From positions 99,345 through 163,344 of the forward strand of contig JAQTYG010000001.1 in the NCBI GenBank assembly GCA_028688375.1: 64,000 nucleotides of DNA. The letters are read 5' to 3'. The position numbers and the translations under genes were made by a program. Source of the DNA: Patescibacteria group bacterium. Its GTDB lineage: Bacteria > Patescibacteriota > Patescibacteriia > Magasanikbacterales > GWA2-37-8. Numbering within the stretch: the first letter of the stretch is position 1; every line of letters begins with the position of its first letter. The notes beneath the pieces are model-generated. The model ran no database searches, was not told where the DNA came from, and saw only the letters and a program-made list of their open reading frames with translations. Positions 39,749 to 49,600 of the stretch are shown here, piece by piece.

Positions 39749-42388
39749 ATGATCAACCCGCAAAACTTCACCCAAAAATCCCAGGAAGCCATTCAGATGG
39801 CCTCACAAATCGCCCAGGAAAACAACCAACCGCAGGTGGAACCGCCGCATCTTTTTTTGGCCTTGCTTCAAGACGAAGAGAGCGTGGTGGTCTCGGTTTT
39901 ACGAAAATTGAAAGCCAACCTGCCGGCCATACTCGCCGACGCGCAAGAATTAGTCAATCGCTTGCCTAAACAATTCGGCGGTTCCCCGATTATGGGCAAC
40001 GGCCAGATTATGTTAAGCCAACCGACCATGAGCCTGTTGCAAAACGCTCAAACCGAATCCAAAAAAATGGGCGACGAATATATTAGCGTGGAACATTTGT
40101 TTTTGGCATTTTTATCCGGTAAAAATCCGATCAGCGACGCGCTGTCAAAAAATCATAAAATCGCTTATGATGAAGTTCTAAAATCTCTCGCCTCCATCCG
40201 CGGGACACAAAAAGTAGATTCTCCAAATCCGGAAATAAAATACAATGCTTTGGAAAAATACGGAAAAAATCTGACCGAATTGGCGCGCAAGGAAAAAATC
40301 GACCCGGTCATCGGACGCGACGATGAAATCCGCCGAGTGATGCAAATTCTGTCCCGCCGAACAAAAAATAATCCGGTACTAATCGGCGAACCGGGCACGG
40401 GTAAAACCGCCATTGTGGAGGGCCTGGCCCAACGCATCGTCAACGGCGATGTGCCAGAGTCGTTAAAAAACAAAGAGGTAATCGGTTTAGACATCGGCTC
40501 CTTGCTGGCCGGCGCAAAATTCCGCGGCGAATTTGAAGAACGCTTGAAAGCGGTTTTAAAAGAAGTTGACGCCGCCGCCGGAAAAATTATTTTGTTTATT
40601 GACGAGCTTCACACCATCGTTGGCGCGGGCGCGTCCGAGGGCGCGATTGACGCCGCCAATATGCTGAAACCAATGCTGGCGCGCGGTGAACTGCACACTA
40701 TCGGCGCGACCACGTTGAAAGAATATCAGAAACACATTGAAAAAGACGCCGCCCTGGAACGCCGCTTCCAACCGGTGATGGTAAACGAGCCGTCCGAAGA
40801 AGACGCCATCGCCATCTTGCGTGGTATTAAAGAAAAATATGAAGTCCATCATGGCGTGCGCATTACCGACGCGGCTATTCTGGCGGCGGTAAAATTGTCC
40901 GTCCGCTATATCGCCGACCGCTTTTTACCGGATAAAGCCATTGATTTGGTGGATGAGGCCGCTTCGGCTTTGCGTTTGCAAATCGAATCAATGCCGGAAG
41001 ATTTGGACAAACTGAAACGCTCGGCGATTAAATTTGAAATTGAAAAACGCGCGCTGATGAATGAAAAGGGACCTGATGCCAAAGACCATTTGAAAAAATT
41101 GGAAAAAGAAATGGCCGAAGTGAAGGAAAAAAGCAACCAGCTGGAAGCGAAATGGAAAAATGAAAAAGATATTATCGCGCGCATCCACGACCGCAAAAAA
41201 GAAATTGACCAGCTGAAACAAAAAGCGGAAATCGAGGAACGCAAGGGCGACCTGCAAAAAGTGGCCGAGATTCGCTACGGCTCAATCCCCTCTTTGGATA
41301 AAGAAATTAAAAAAGATGAAAAACTGCTTTTGGAATACCAAAAAAATCGCGGTATTTTGAAAGAAGAAATCACCGAGGCGGACATCGCCGCTGTAGTGGC
41401 GCGCTGGACTGCCATTCCAGTGACGAAAATGCTGGAGACCGAATCGGAAAAATTCACGCAGATGGAAGACGCGCTGGCCAAGCGCGTGGTCGGGCAGGAG
41501 GAAGCGATTAAAGCCATTGCCAATGCCATCCGTCGTTCGCGCGCCGGTATTGCCGAACCGAACAAACCGATCGGCTCGTTTATTTTTCTCGGTCCGACCG
41601 GCGTGGGCAAAACCGAACTGGCCAAAACCCTGGCCGAGTTTATGTTTGACGCCGAAGACGCTCTGGTGCGCGTGGATATGAGCGAATATATGGAAAAACA
41701 CAGCGTCAGCAAAATCATCGGCTCTCCGCCGGGCTATGTCGGCTTTGAAGAAGGCGGGCAGCTGACGGAAATAATCCGCCGCCGGCCGTACGCCGTAGTT
41801 TTGTTTGATGAAATTGAAAAAGCGCATCCGGATGTCTTTAATATTTTACTGCAAATTTTGGACGACGGCCGAATCACCGACGCCAAGGGCCGGACGGTCA
41901 ACTTTAAGAATACGGTGATTATTATGACCTCCAACATCGGCAGTCAAACCATTTTGGATTTGAAAAAAGCCGGCGGATTCGGCTTTGAAGACGGCCGAGG
42001 TAAAAAGAAAAACACCGATGAAAAAATCCGGGAAAAAATCATGGAATCGCTCCACGAATATTTCAAACCGGAATTTTTGAACCGGGTGGATGAGATTGTC
42101 GTTTTCCACACCTTGACCGAAAAACAGATTGAAACAATCGTGGATTTACAATTGACTCGAGTGATCAAACGTTTGGCGGAAAAGAAAATCACTTTAGATA
42201 TTGACCCGGGCGTGAAAAAACACCTGGCCGGTGTTGGCTACGACCCGAACTACGGCGCCCGCCCGCTCAAACGCGCCATTCAAAACGAACTCTTGGACCA
42301 GCTTTCGCTGAAAATAATTGAAGGCGACGTGGCCGAAGGGCAGAAGGTGAAAGTGAAAATGGAAAAAGACAAAATCACAATTAAATAA
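39749..42388 (+). CDS. clpB: ATP-dependent chaperone ClpB
   Basis: 879 aa with two AAA+ modules ([18 protein letters not shown]) and a middle coiled coil. Confidence 0.9.
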   Translation: MINPQNFTQKSQEAIQMASQIAQENNQPQVEPPHLFLALLQDEESVVVSVLRKLKANLPAILADAQELVNRLPKQFGGSPIMGNGQIMLSQPTMSLLQNAQTESKKMGDEYISVEHLFLAFLSGKNPISDALSKNHKIAYDEVLKSLASIRGTQKVDSPNPEIKYNALEKYGKNLTELARKEKIDPVIGRDDEIRRVMQILSRRTKNNPVLIGEPGTGKTAIVEGLAQRIVNGDVPESLKNKEVIGLDIGSLLAGAKFRGEFEERLKAVLKEVDAAAGKIILFIDELHTIVGAGASEGAIDAANMLKPMLARGELHTIGATTLKEYQKHIEKDAALERRFQPVMVNEPSEEDAIAILRGIKEKYEVHHGVRITDAAILAAVKLSVRYIADRFLPDKAIDLVDEAASALRLQIESMPEDLDKLKRSAIKFEIEKRALMNEKGPDAKDHLKKLEKEMAEVKEKSNQLEAKWKNEKDIIARIHDRKKEIDQLKQKAEIEERKGDLQKVAEIRYGSIPSLDKEIKKDEKLLLEYQKNRGILKEEITEADIAAVVARWTAIPVTKMLETESEKFTQMEDALAKRVVGQEEAIKAIANAIRRSRAGIAEPNKPIGSFIFLGPTGVGKTELAKTLAEFMFDAEDALVRVDMSEYMEKHSVSKIIGSPPGYVGFEEGGQLTEIIRRRPYAVVLFDEIEKAHPDVFNILLQILDDGRITDAKGRTVNFKNTVIIMTSNIGSQTILDLKKAGGFGFEDGRGKKKNTDEKIREKIMESLHEYFKPEFLNRVDEIVVFHTLTEKQIETIVDLQLTRVIKRLAEKKITLDIDPGVKKHLAGVGYDPNYGARPLKRAIQNELLDQLSLKIIEGDVAEGQKVKVKMEKDKITIK

Positions 42389-42397
42389 CGCTATAAA

Positions 42398-42440
42398 AAA
42401 GAAGAAGCGCCGGGGACGCATGGGTCCGCGGCGCTTTTGT
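42398..42440. terminator. Bidirectional terminator after clpB
   Basis: AAGCGCCG-GGGAC-gcatg-GGTCC-GCGGCGCTT followed by TTTG. The reverse strand has a T-run too. Confidence 0.6.
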
Positions 42441-42650
42441 AAATTGCAACTAAGCCTCGCAAGCCAGATTTTTGTTGAGGATCATCGCGGAGTTCCGGCG
42501 TTATAGCCGGAACGAGCGTAAGGGCGGCGAATTCGCAAATGAGCCGACCCGGGTCCGAAACAAATGTCTGGCTTGCGAGCAAAACAAAAAAACCACTTCG
42601 AGAACCGAAGCAGTTTGACTGGGCGGGAAGGAACGGGGCGGAAAGAGCGA
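42441..42650. ncRNA. Candidate structured RNA element (unclassified), strand undetermined
   Basis: 13-bp perfect closing stem CTCGCAAGCCAGA (42446-42458) and TCTGGCTTGCGAG (42567-42579). It encloses the hairpin GTTCCGGC-gttata-GCCGGAAC and GC palindromes around GCGAATTCGC and GACCCGGGTC. Confidence 0.35.
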
Positions 42651-43026
42651 CTACTTAATATGGGCTATCACAAGCATCCCGAGAGGAATATCTATACAAG
42701 AAACCGCCGAGTTGGTGGCGACAGTAGAAAGGGACGCTCTGTATGGCACACCTTCCGGTTCACATCCAGCAAGATCCGAATAACACAGGTTGGTTCGCGG
42801 ATCTTTGTAGTAAATCATGCAGTTGACCATGAAATCGGCATGATCCTGAATAGATTGCGCATCTCGTCGGTAAATGTTCTCCACGGGTCTGGATGTTTTT
42901 GGGTCATCTGGCAGGACCGACATCGCAAGCCAAATAACGGCGACCAGAAGGAAGAAAGAAAACGCTACTTTAATACCCATAAAATTCTTAGCTTTTTTTG
43001 CGTCCTTTGCTTCGGTATTCTCCATG
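42651..43026 (-). CDS. Hypothetical small membrane-anchored/secreted protein (about 125 aa)
   Basis: Starts MENTEAKD with AAGGAGGAGG just upstream on the minus strand. Has the signal anchor VAFSFFLLVAVIWLAMSV and 4 Cys in the ectodomain. Confidence 0.5.
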
Positions 43027-43094
43027 TTCCCTCCTCCTTTTTGGCCGCTCGCTGGCGGTGTATTTGTTTGTAAAAAGTATCGCATATTTGAGAT

Positions 43095-43250
43095 GATTTG
43101 TCAATGACGCAAATGTCAAAATTACAATATCCAATTTCCAATAAAATCCAAAACTCGAATATCCAAAAAACATCTCAATTTTGGCATTTGAACTTGGTGC
43201 TTGATTTGATATTGGAAATTAGACATCGGGAATTAAAAGGTGTTGTTTTT
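43095..43250. repeat. Second copy of the intergenic repeat block (AAATGTCAAAA, CCAATTTCCAAT, AAAATCCAAAA and an inverted ATTGGAAATT)
   Basis: GCAAATGTCAAAATTACAATATCCAATTTCCAATAAAATCCAAAAC...GATATTGGAAATTAGACATCGGGAATTAAAAGG. The last part is the reverse complement of TTTTAATTCCCAATTTCCAAT from 38789-38810. Confidence 0.55.
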
Positions 43251-43311
43251 TATTCCGAAAAATGATACACTTAAATTGGCATAAATCAGCACAAATGTTG
43301 TTTTTTGGTAT

Positions 43312-45516
43312 ATGAAACATTTTTTGATTACAATTACTATTTTCTGCCTTTTTTTCCTCCCCTCTTCCTCCGCTCTGGCGGCCACGGAGTTTAATCCGCA
43401 CTTCATCATTTCCGATGAGGAATTGCAGGATTGCAATGGCTGGACAGCCCGCGATGTTCAAGAATTTTTGGACAGCAAAGGCAGCTACCTACGAAATTAC
43501 CAATGCGAAGACGTCAGCGGAACAATAAAAACCGCGGCGGAAATTATTTACGACGCGGCCGTCCGTAATCAAATCAGCCCGAAATTTTTGTTGGTCACTC
43601 TGCAAAAAGAACAGAGTTTAATCACCGACGACTCCCCCACCGCGCGCCAGCTGGATTGGGCGACCGGATTTGCCGTCTGCGACGGTTGCGCTTTGGCCGA
43701 CCCGAAAGTGCAAAAATATAAGGGCTTCGGCAAACAGGTGGACGGCGCCGCCGGCATCATGCGCTGGTACTATGACAACACCGATAAAAGTTTCGTTAAG
43801 AAAAAAGACAGCCCGATTTACATTGACGCGCAACCGGTGACACCGCAAACCTGGGCCACGGCTTTTCTTTATACCTACACCCCGCATTTGCACGGCAACC
43901 AAAACTTCTGGCGCATCTGGTCGGGCTGGTTCGCGCAATTTTATCCCAATGGCACCATTGTTCGCGCCGCCTCGTCCAGCGATTATTACATGATTCAGGA
44001 CGGCAAAAAAAGAAAATTCGCCAGCAAAACAATTTTAGTTTCCCGCGCCGATCCGCAAACCGCTGTCACCATTCCGGATATTGATTTGCAAAATTATCCG
44101 GACGGAACAGGTATCGCCTTTGCCAATTATTCCATCTTAAGAGGACCGAATGCGACCTATCTCTTGGACTACGACACGCTTCGCCCATTCGCTTCCAGCG
44201 AGGTTGTCCGCCAGCTCGGCTACAATCCGCAAGAAATTGTTGAGGTGAATTACGCCGATATTGCCGGCTATGCCGTCGGTCCGGTTATCAATGCCTCTAC
44301 CACCGCTCCGCAGGGCGTAATTTACAAAATCAGCGATTTAAACAACACTTATTATCTGCTCAAAGACAATCTGCTCTATCCCCTAGCCGATAAAGCGGTG
44401 GCCAAGACCAACTTCCCGAACTTGGCCATTGAAACACACGGCAAAAAAGATCTGGCGCTATTCTCCATGGCTGACCGGCCAATTCAATTTACCGACGGTT
44501 CACTGGTGCAAATTAAAGACAGCAGTAAAATTTTTGTCATTGACCGCGGAAAAAAACGCCGCATTGCCGATGCCGACACATTCAACGCCATGGGCTACCA
44601 AAAATCCAATCTGGCGACTATTGAATTGACCACCGCCATGAGCATACCGGACGGCGAACCGATTTATGTAAATAATTCTCTGGCTTCAGCTGGTAATAAA
44701 TTTTTGGGTGATAGCGAAGCGCCGGTGGATGATGTTTGTAAAGCCAAGCTCCCGTCTTATCTGGTGGCTGAATATCCGAGCGGCAAAATTATTTCCGGGA
44801 AAAATATTGACACTAAGCGCTCGATCGCTTCACTGACCAAATTATTAGTGGCTTACGAAGCGCTGAGCCAAGATTACAACCTAACAAAAACCTCCGTTTA
44901 CAACAGCAAGCTTCACGCCAGTTCCGGCAACCCGCTCAGCTTAGTCACCGGAGAAAAATTAAAAAACAAAGACATTCTTTATTCGGCGCTGGTTTCCTCG
45001 GTAAATAATGCCGCCAGAATGGTGGCGACCGGTGTTGGTTTAAGCGAGAAAAATTTTATTGCCAGCATTAATACGCGGTTGGACGAATGGGGCGCGGATA
45101 ATACCACCATTACCGACACCACCGGCTTGGACGCGAAAAATATTTCCACGGCGCGCGATGTGTTAAAAATATTCACCAAGGTGCTTAAAAACGCCACGAT
45201 CAAAGACGCCTTAGGCGATGTAAATTATACTTTCAAAGAAGTGGTTAGCAAAAATAAGGTGGCGACGCATACTATTAAAAATACCAATCAATTAATGATG
45301 AATTCAACCAAACCTTACCGAATTTTGGCTTCCAAAACCGGCTATACCGATGAAGCCGACGCGGTGCTGGCGATGTTGATCGAGTCAAAAAAAGATAAAA
45401 AACAATACATCGTTATTACTTTGGGCAATACGAATTACGCGAAAAGATTTGACGAACCCAACCGTATCGCGACCATGACCGCCGCCGGCCAGGTGACCAT
45501 CGCCGGAATTAAATAA
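43312..45516 (+). CDS. Secreted D-alanyl-D-alanine carboxypeptidase family protein (peptidase S11/PBP5-like C-terminal domain) with a large N-terminal domain of unknown function
   Basis: Signal peptide. The C-terminal half carries SxxK (SIASLTK), SxN (SSGN) and KTG (KTGYT). The N-terminal ~400 aa has no recognisable motifs. Confidence 0.65.
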   Translation: MKHFLITITIFCLFFLPSSSALAATEFNPHFIISDEELQDCNGWTARDVQEFLDSKGSYLRNYQCEDVSGTIKTAAEIIYDAAVRNQISPKFLLVTLQKEQSLITDDSPTARQLDWATGFAVCDGCALADPKVQKYKGFGKQVDGAAGIMRWYYDNTDKSFVKKKDSPIYIDAQPVTPQTWATAFLYTYTPHLHGNQNFWRIWSGWFAQFYPNGTIVRAASSSDYYMIQDGKKRKFASKTILVSRADPQTAVTIPDIDLQNYPDGTGIAFANYSILRGPNATYLLDYDTLRPFASSEVVRQLGYNPQEIVEVNYADIAGYAVGPVINASTTAPQGVIYKISDLNNTYYLLKDNLLYPLADKAVAKTNFPNLAIETHGKKDLALFSMADRPIQFTDGSLVQIKDSSKIFVIDRGKKRRIADADTFNAMGYQKSNLATIELTTAMSIPDGEPIYVNNSLASAGNKFLGDSEAPVDDVCKAKLPSYLVAEYPSGKIISGKNIDTKRSIASLTKLLVAYEALSQDYNLTKTSVYNSKLHASSGNPLSLVTGEKLKNKDILYSALVSSVNNAARMVATGVGLSEKNFIASINTRLDEWGADNTTITDTTGLDAKNISTARDVLKIFTKVLKNATIKDALGDVNYTFKEVVSKNKVATHTIKNTNQLMMNSTKPYRILASKTGYTDEADAVLAMLIESKKDKKQYIVITLGNTNYAKRFDEPNRIATMTAAGQVTIAGIK

Positions 45517-45525
45517 CTTCGCCCT

Positions 45526-46317
45526 ATGTCTTTAGTTTTTTCCGCGCTTACCCCCCATCCTCCCCTGCTTATTCCCACCATCGGCAAAGCGGAGATCGGG
45601 AAAATAGCCAAAACAAAAAAAGCCATGGAGGAGCTGGAAGAAAAGTTGTACGCGACGCACCCGGATATAATTTTAATTATTTCCCCGCACGGCAGTTTTT
45701 TTTCCGATGCTTTTACTATCAACTCTTGCCCGGAATATACCACTGACTTGCGGGAATTCGGCGATTTAGCCACTAAAATAAAATTCAAGGGTGAATTGGA
45801 TTTGGCTTATCATATTCGCGCGGTCACGAAAAATACCGGTTTTCCCGCCACCATGATCAGCGAACCGACCATCGACCACGGCTCGGCCGTGCCCTTGTAT
45901 TATCTCACTCGCCATTTGCCTAACGTTAAAATCATTCAATTCGGTTTTTGCGATTTGGATTTAAAAACCCACCTGGATTTCGGGGCGATAATCAAAGAAC
46001 AGGTTTTAGCTACGAATAAAAGAGTCGCAGTGATTGCTTCAGGCGATATGTCCCACGCCCTGGCGACTGACGCGCCGGCCAGCTGGCATCCGGCCGGACC
46101 GGAATTTGATAAAAAAATAAAAGAACTGTTAATGGCTCGCAACACCAGCGGTGTTATCACACTGGAACCGGAATTTGTAAAAAACGCCGCCGAATGCGGC
46201 TTGCGGTCACTGGTTATTTTGCTCGGCGTTTTACAAGGCATGAACTATACTTACCGAGAAATGGCCTACGAGGCGCCTTTTGGTGTGGGTTATCTCACGG
46301 CTGAGTTTGCTCTCTGA
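45526..46317 (+). CDS. Class III extradiol dioxygenase subunit B-like protein (LigB/MEMO superfamily)
   Basis: Has IISPHGS and ASGDMSH, which are LigB/MEMO-type motifs. Confidence 0.5.
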   Translation: MSLVFSALTPHPPLLIPTIGKAEIGKIAKTKKAMEELEEKLYATHPDIILIISPHGSFFSDAFTINSCPEYTTDLREFGDLATKIKFKGELDLAYHIRAVTKNTGFPATMISEPTIDHGSAVPLYYLTRHLPNVKIIQFGFCDLDLKTHLDFGAIIKEQVLATNKRVAVIASGDMSHALATDAPASWHPAGPEFDKKIKELLMARNTSGVITLEPEFVKNAAECGLRSLVILLGVLQGMNYTYREMAYEAPFGVGYLTAEFAL

Positions 46318-46319
46318 TT

Positions 46320-48188
46320 ATGCGACTCCAAATCATCCCGATTTTACGACTACCGCTGTCGTTGCCGGCGCTGGATTATTCTGCTGATGACAATTTAGCG
46401 GGGAAAATTAAAATCGGCCAATTGGTCCGCGTCCCTTTCCGCCGTCACTTAGAATACGGCATCGTCTCGGCCACCACCGCTTCCAACGAGGAGCTGGCGG
46501 GAACTAAAATTAAACCCATTGACGCTCTGATTTTCGCTGAGCCGTTCATCGCTCCGGCGCAATTAAATTTTTTAACTGAGATCGCTAATTTTTACCGAGC
46601 CCCGCTCGGTTTTGTTTTAAAAACAGCGCTTTTTATTTTGCCTAAACGCGCGCCGGAAAAAATGTCTGAATGGATCGTGCCCTTTCACGCCGCGCCCGCC
46701 GCGCCCAGTAAACCGAAACTGATCAGTTGCGTCGAAACGACAGAACTAAAAAAACAATTGAAAAAAATTGCCGCTCTCGCCGGACAGCGCTTAATTCTCG
46801 TCCCGGAAATAAATCAATTGGAAAAAATCGCCGAATTTTTTCCTAAAAAAACAATTATCGTCGGTGGCGAACAAACCGCTAAAGCTTACCGGAAGTTATG
46901 GCTGGCGGTACGCTCTCAACCGGACGCACTGGTAATCGGCACGCGCAAAGCGCTGTTTTTGCCTTGGACCAATTTAACCGCCGTCGCTCTAACCGACGAA
47001 GGCAACTCCGATTACAAAAGCTGGGACATGGCGCCGCGTTTTCACACCCGCGACGCGGCGATGATTCTGACCAAGCACACCGGCGCTCAATTATTTTTTC
47101 TCACCGCTACGCCGTCGGTGGAGACTTATTATTTCGCGAAAAAAAATGTTTATGATGCTCCCGGCCCGCTGGTGGCGGAAATTAAAAATAACGCGCCGAT
47201 TTTTATTGATTTAAAAATGGAACGGCGGGGCGGCAATCAAGGAGCCGTGGCCGAAGACATTCTCAAGGCGGTGGCCAAAACCGACGGCGACGCTTTCTTT
47301 TTCATCAATCGCCGCGCTTCCGCCAATTTTATTCTTTGCCAAGACTGCGGCCACGTTTTTTATTGTGATAATTGTCGCCGACCGATGGCTTATTACCAAA
47401 AAAATAAGGAACTCAATTGCCATTTTTGTAAACGGCGCCAAGCGCTGCCCCTCGCCTGCCCGGCTTGTCAATCGGTTTCTTACCGTCTGCTGGGACTGGG
47501 CACGGACGGCGTGGCGGCCGAATTGGAAAAAATTTTCCCTCATGGCGACCGGCTGATCATCGCTCTTGATAAATTAAATCCGGAAGCATTAAAAAAACTG
47601 GGCGATCACCGGCCGAAAATTATCGTCGGCACGCAATTCGCCTGGAATCGTCTCGATTGGAAAAAAATTAAAATAATGGCCATGGTTGATCCGGACGCTG
47701 AACTTTCTATCCCGGAATATAAGGCGGCCGAAGAAATGTGGCAAACACTGCGCGCGGCTCGGACGCTACTGGAGCCGGAGGCTAAACTTTATTTGCAAAC
47801 CAGCCGTCCGGAACACCGCGTCTTTCAGGGCATGTATCGACCGGAGGAATTTTATGAAGCCGAATTAAATGAGCGCCATTTGCTCAATTACCCGCCCTTC
47901 AACTATTTAATTCGGCTTTATTGCGGGCACGCGGAAAAGCACACGGCCGAATCCGCCGGACATATTTTAGCGGACAAAATAGCCGCCTTGACTCGGACAC
48001 TGGAAGATGTTAAAATGAGCGGTCCCCTGGATTCTTCGCCACCCTATTGGCGCCACAATTTCTGGCAAATAATTCTGCTGAAATTAAACTATAAAAATTT
48101 TAAACAACGGGCTGGCGAGGTCTTAAAAATAGTGCCGGAAGAATGGAAAGTCGACCCCAATCCAAATAATATAATTTCTATCGGATAA
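46320..48188 (+). CDS. priA: Primosomal protein N' (PriA) homolog with a Cys4 zinc module but no recognisable Walker A motif
   Basis: The N-terminal 3'-DNA-binding region resembles PriA. The Cys cluster is CQDCGHVFYCDNC...CHFCKRRQALPLACPACQS. No GKT/GKS P-loop is present, and ALTDEGN stands where DEEH is expected. Confidence 0.65.
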   Translation: MRLQIIPILRLPLSLPALDYSADDNLAGKIKIGQLVRVPFRRHLEYGIVSATTASNEELAGTKIKPIDALIFAEPFIAPAQLNFLTEIANFYRAPLGFVLKTALFILPKRAPEKMSEWIVPFHAAPAAPSKPKLISCVETTELKKQLKKIAALAGQRLILVPEINQLEKIAEFFPKKTIIVGGEQTAKAYRKLWLAVRSQPDALVIGTRKALFLPWTNLTAVALTDEGNSDYKSWDMAPRFHTRDAAMILTKHTGAQLFFLTATPSVETYYFAKKNVYDAPGPLVAEIKNNAPIFIDLKMERRGGNQGAVAEDILKAVAKTDGDAFFFINRRASANFILCQDCGHVFYCDNCRRPMAYYQKNKELNCHFCKRRQALPLACPACQSVSYRLLGLGTDGVAAELEKIFPHGDRLIIALDKLNPEALKKLGDHRPKIIVGTQFAWNRLDWKKIKIMAMVDPDAELSIPEYKAAEEMWQTLRAARTLLEPEAKLYLQTSRPEHRVFQGMYRPEEFYEAELNERHLLNYPPFNYLIRLYCGHAEKHTAESAGHILADKIAALTRTLEDVKMSGPLDSSPPYWRHNFWQIILLKLNYKNFKQRAGEVLKIVPEEWKVDPNPNNIISIG

Positions 48189-48191
48189 AAT

Positions 48192-48680
48192 ATGATCAAA
48201 AACATTTTAACCGAGCCGGAGCCGATCCTGCGCCAAAAAGGACGGGATATTTCTCCGGACGAACTGGGCACGCCGAAGCTGGAGCAGTTGACGCGCGACC
48301 TAATTGCCACTATGTACGCCAAAGACGGCGTCGGTATTGCCGCGCCTCAAATCGGACAATCGGTTCAAATTTGCGCCATTGCCCGCGAACATACACCGGA
48401 ACAAAAAAGCGACTTGGTGTTAATCAATCCGGTCTGGATTAAAAAATCCCTGATAAAAGTATCGGGCGAAGAAGGTTGTTTATCGGTGCCGGATGTTTTT
48501 GGCAAAGTGAAACGTTATAAAAAAATAAAAGTGACGGCGCTTGATCCACACGGTAAAAAATTGGTATTTGAAGCCGCGAATTTTCCCGCTCGAGTAATTC
48601 AACACGAAGTCGACCACTTAAACGGCATCCTTTTTATTGATAAGGCCAAAGATATTTACCGAACGGATAATCTGTTATGA
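48192..48680 (+). CDS. def: Peptide deformylase
   Basis: Has GIAAPQIG, EGCLSVP and HEVDHLNG. Confidence 0.9.
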   Translation: MIKNILTEPEPILRQKGRDISPDELGTPKLEQLTRDLIATMYAKDGVGIAAPQIGQSVQICAIAREHTPEQKSDLVLINPVWIKKSLIKVSGEEGCLSVPDVFGKVKRYKKIKVTALDPHGKKLVFEAANFPARVIQHEVDHLNGILFIDKAKDIYRTDNLL

Positions 48681-49600
48681 TAAAAATCGTATTTTACGGC
48701 ACCGGAGATTTCGCCGCGGCGGTTTTGCGTCAAATCGCCGTTGACGGCCAATTCGAAATTCTCGGCGTCATCACTCAACCGGACCGTCCGGTCGGACGCC
48801 GGCAGGAGACACAAAAAACTTCGGTTAAAATTACCGCGGAAAAATTAGGCTTAGCGATAATGGCGCCGGCCACGCTTAAGGACTTCGACGCGCCGATTTT
48901 GACGGAGGCGGATTTGGGCGTGGTCGCCGAATATGGCTTGATTATCCCCCGCCGCTTACTTGATTTGCCCAAACATAAAACCGTTAATTTGCACGGCTCT
49001 ATTTTGCCGTTTTATCGCGGTGCCTCTCCCATCCAAACGGCCATTTTAAACGGAGAAAGTAAAACCGGCGTTACGCTAATGCTGATGGACGAAAAAATGG
49101 ACCACGGCCCGATTTTGGCCGTAACGGAAACGCCCATCAGACCGGATGAAACCCAAAAAGAACTTTTCGCTCGGTTAGCCGATGTGGCGGCTAAGTTGTT
49201 TATTGACCAAGCGCCGCGTTACGTGGCGGGCGAACTCCGACCGATCGAACAAAACCACGCCCTCGCCACTTACTGTAAAATACTGACACGCGCCGACGGC
49301 CAAATAAATTTTTCACGTTCAGCGCAAGAAATTTATAATCAGTACCGCGCCCTGACGCCCTGGCCGGGTATTTGGACAACTTTCGACGGCCGACGTTTAA
49401 AACTCACGAAAATCGCCTTAACCGGCAACGCCGAGCTGACATCGGGTAAAATTAAAGTAAACGACGGCCGAATTTTTATCGGTAGCGGAATAAATACCGC
49501 GATAGAGATTTTGGCGCTGCAAATGGAAGGAAAGAAAAATCTGCCGGCGCAAGAATTTATTAAGGGCACGCGCGACTTCGACGGCGCGACAGTGATATGA
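48677..49600 (+). CDS. fmt: Methionyl-tRNA formyltransferase
   Basis: Starts IVFYGTGDFA and has the formyltransferase motifs HGSILPFYRGASPI. Confidence 0.9.
   Translation: MIKIVFYGTGDFAAAVLRQIAVDGQFEILGVITQPDRPVGRRQETQKTSVKITAEKLGLAIMAPATLKDFDAPILTEADLGVVAEYGLIIPRRLLDLPKHKTVNLHGSILPFYRGASPIQTAILNGESKTGVTLMLMDEKMDHGPILAVTETPIRPDETQKELFARLADVAAKLFIDQAPRYVAGELRPIEQNHALATYCKILTRADGQINFSRSAQEIYNQYRALTPWPGIWTTFDGRRLKLTKIALTGNAELTSGKIKVNDGRIFIGSGINTAIEILALQMEGKKNLPAQEFIKGTRDFDGATVI

Noticed and set aside
40165-42421. Multiple 60-180-aa minus-strand ORFs inside clpB
   Set aside because: They are antisense to a highly conserved chaperone gene and are low-complexity translations with no independent signals.
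42564-43073. 169-aa plus-strand ORF across the RNA-element region and the small secreted-protein gene
   Set aside because: Its composition is implausible (Arg/Cys/His-rich, no domain). It overlaps a minus-strand gene that has a strong SD sequence and a signal anchor, and it begins inside the structured-RNA candidate.
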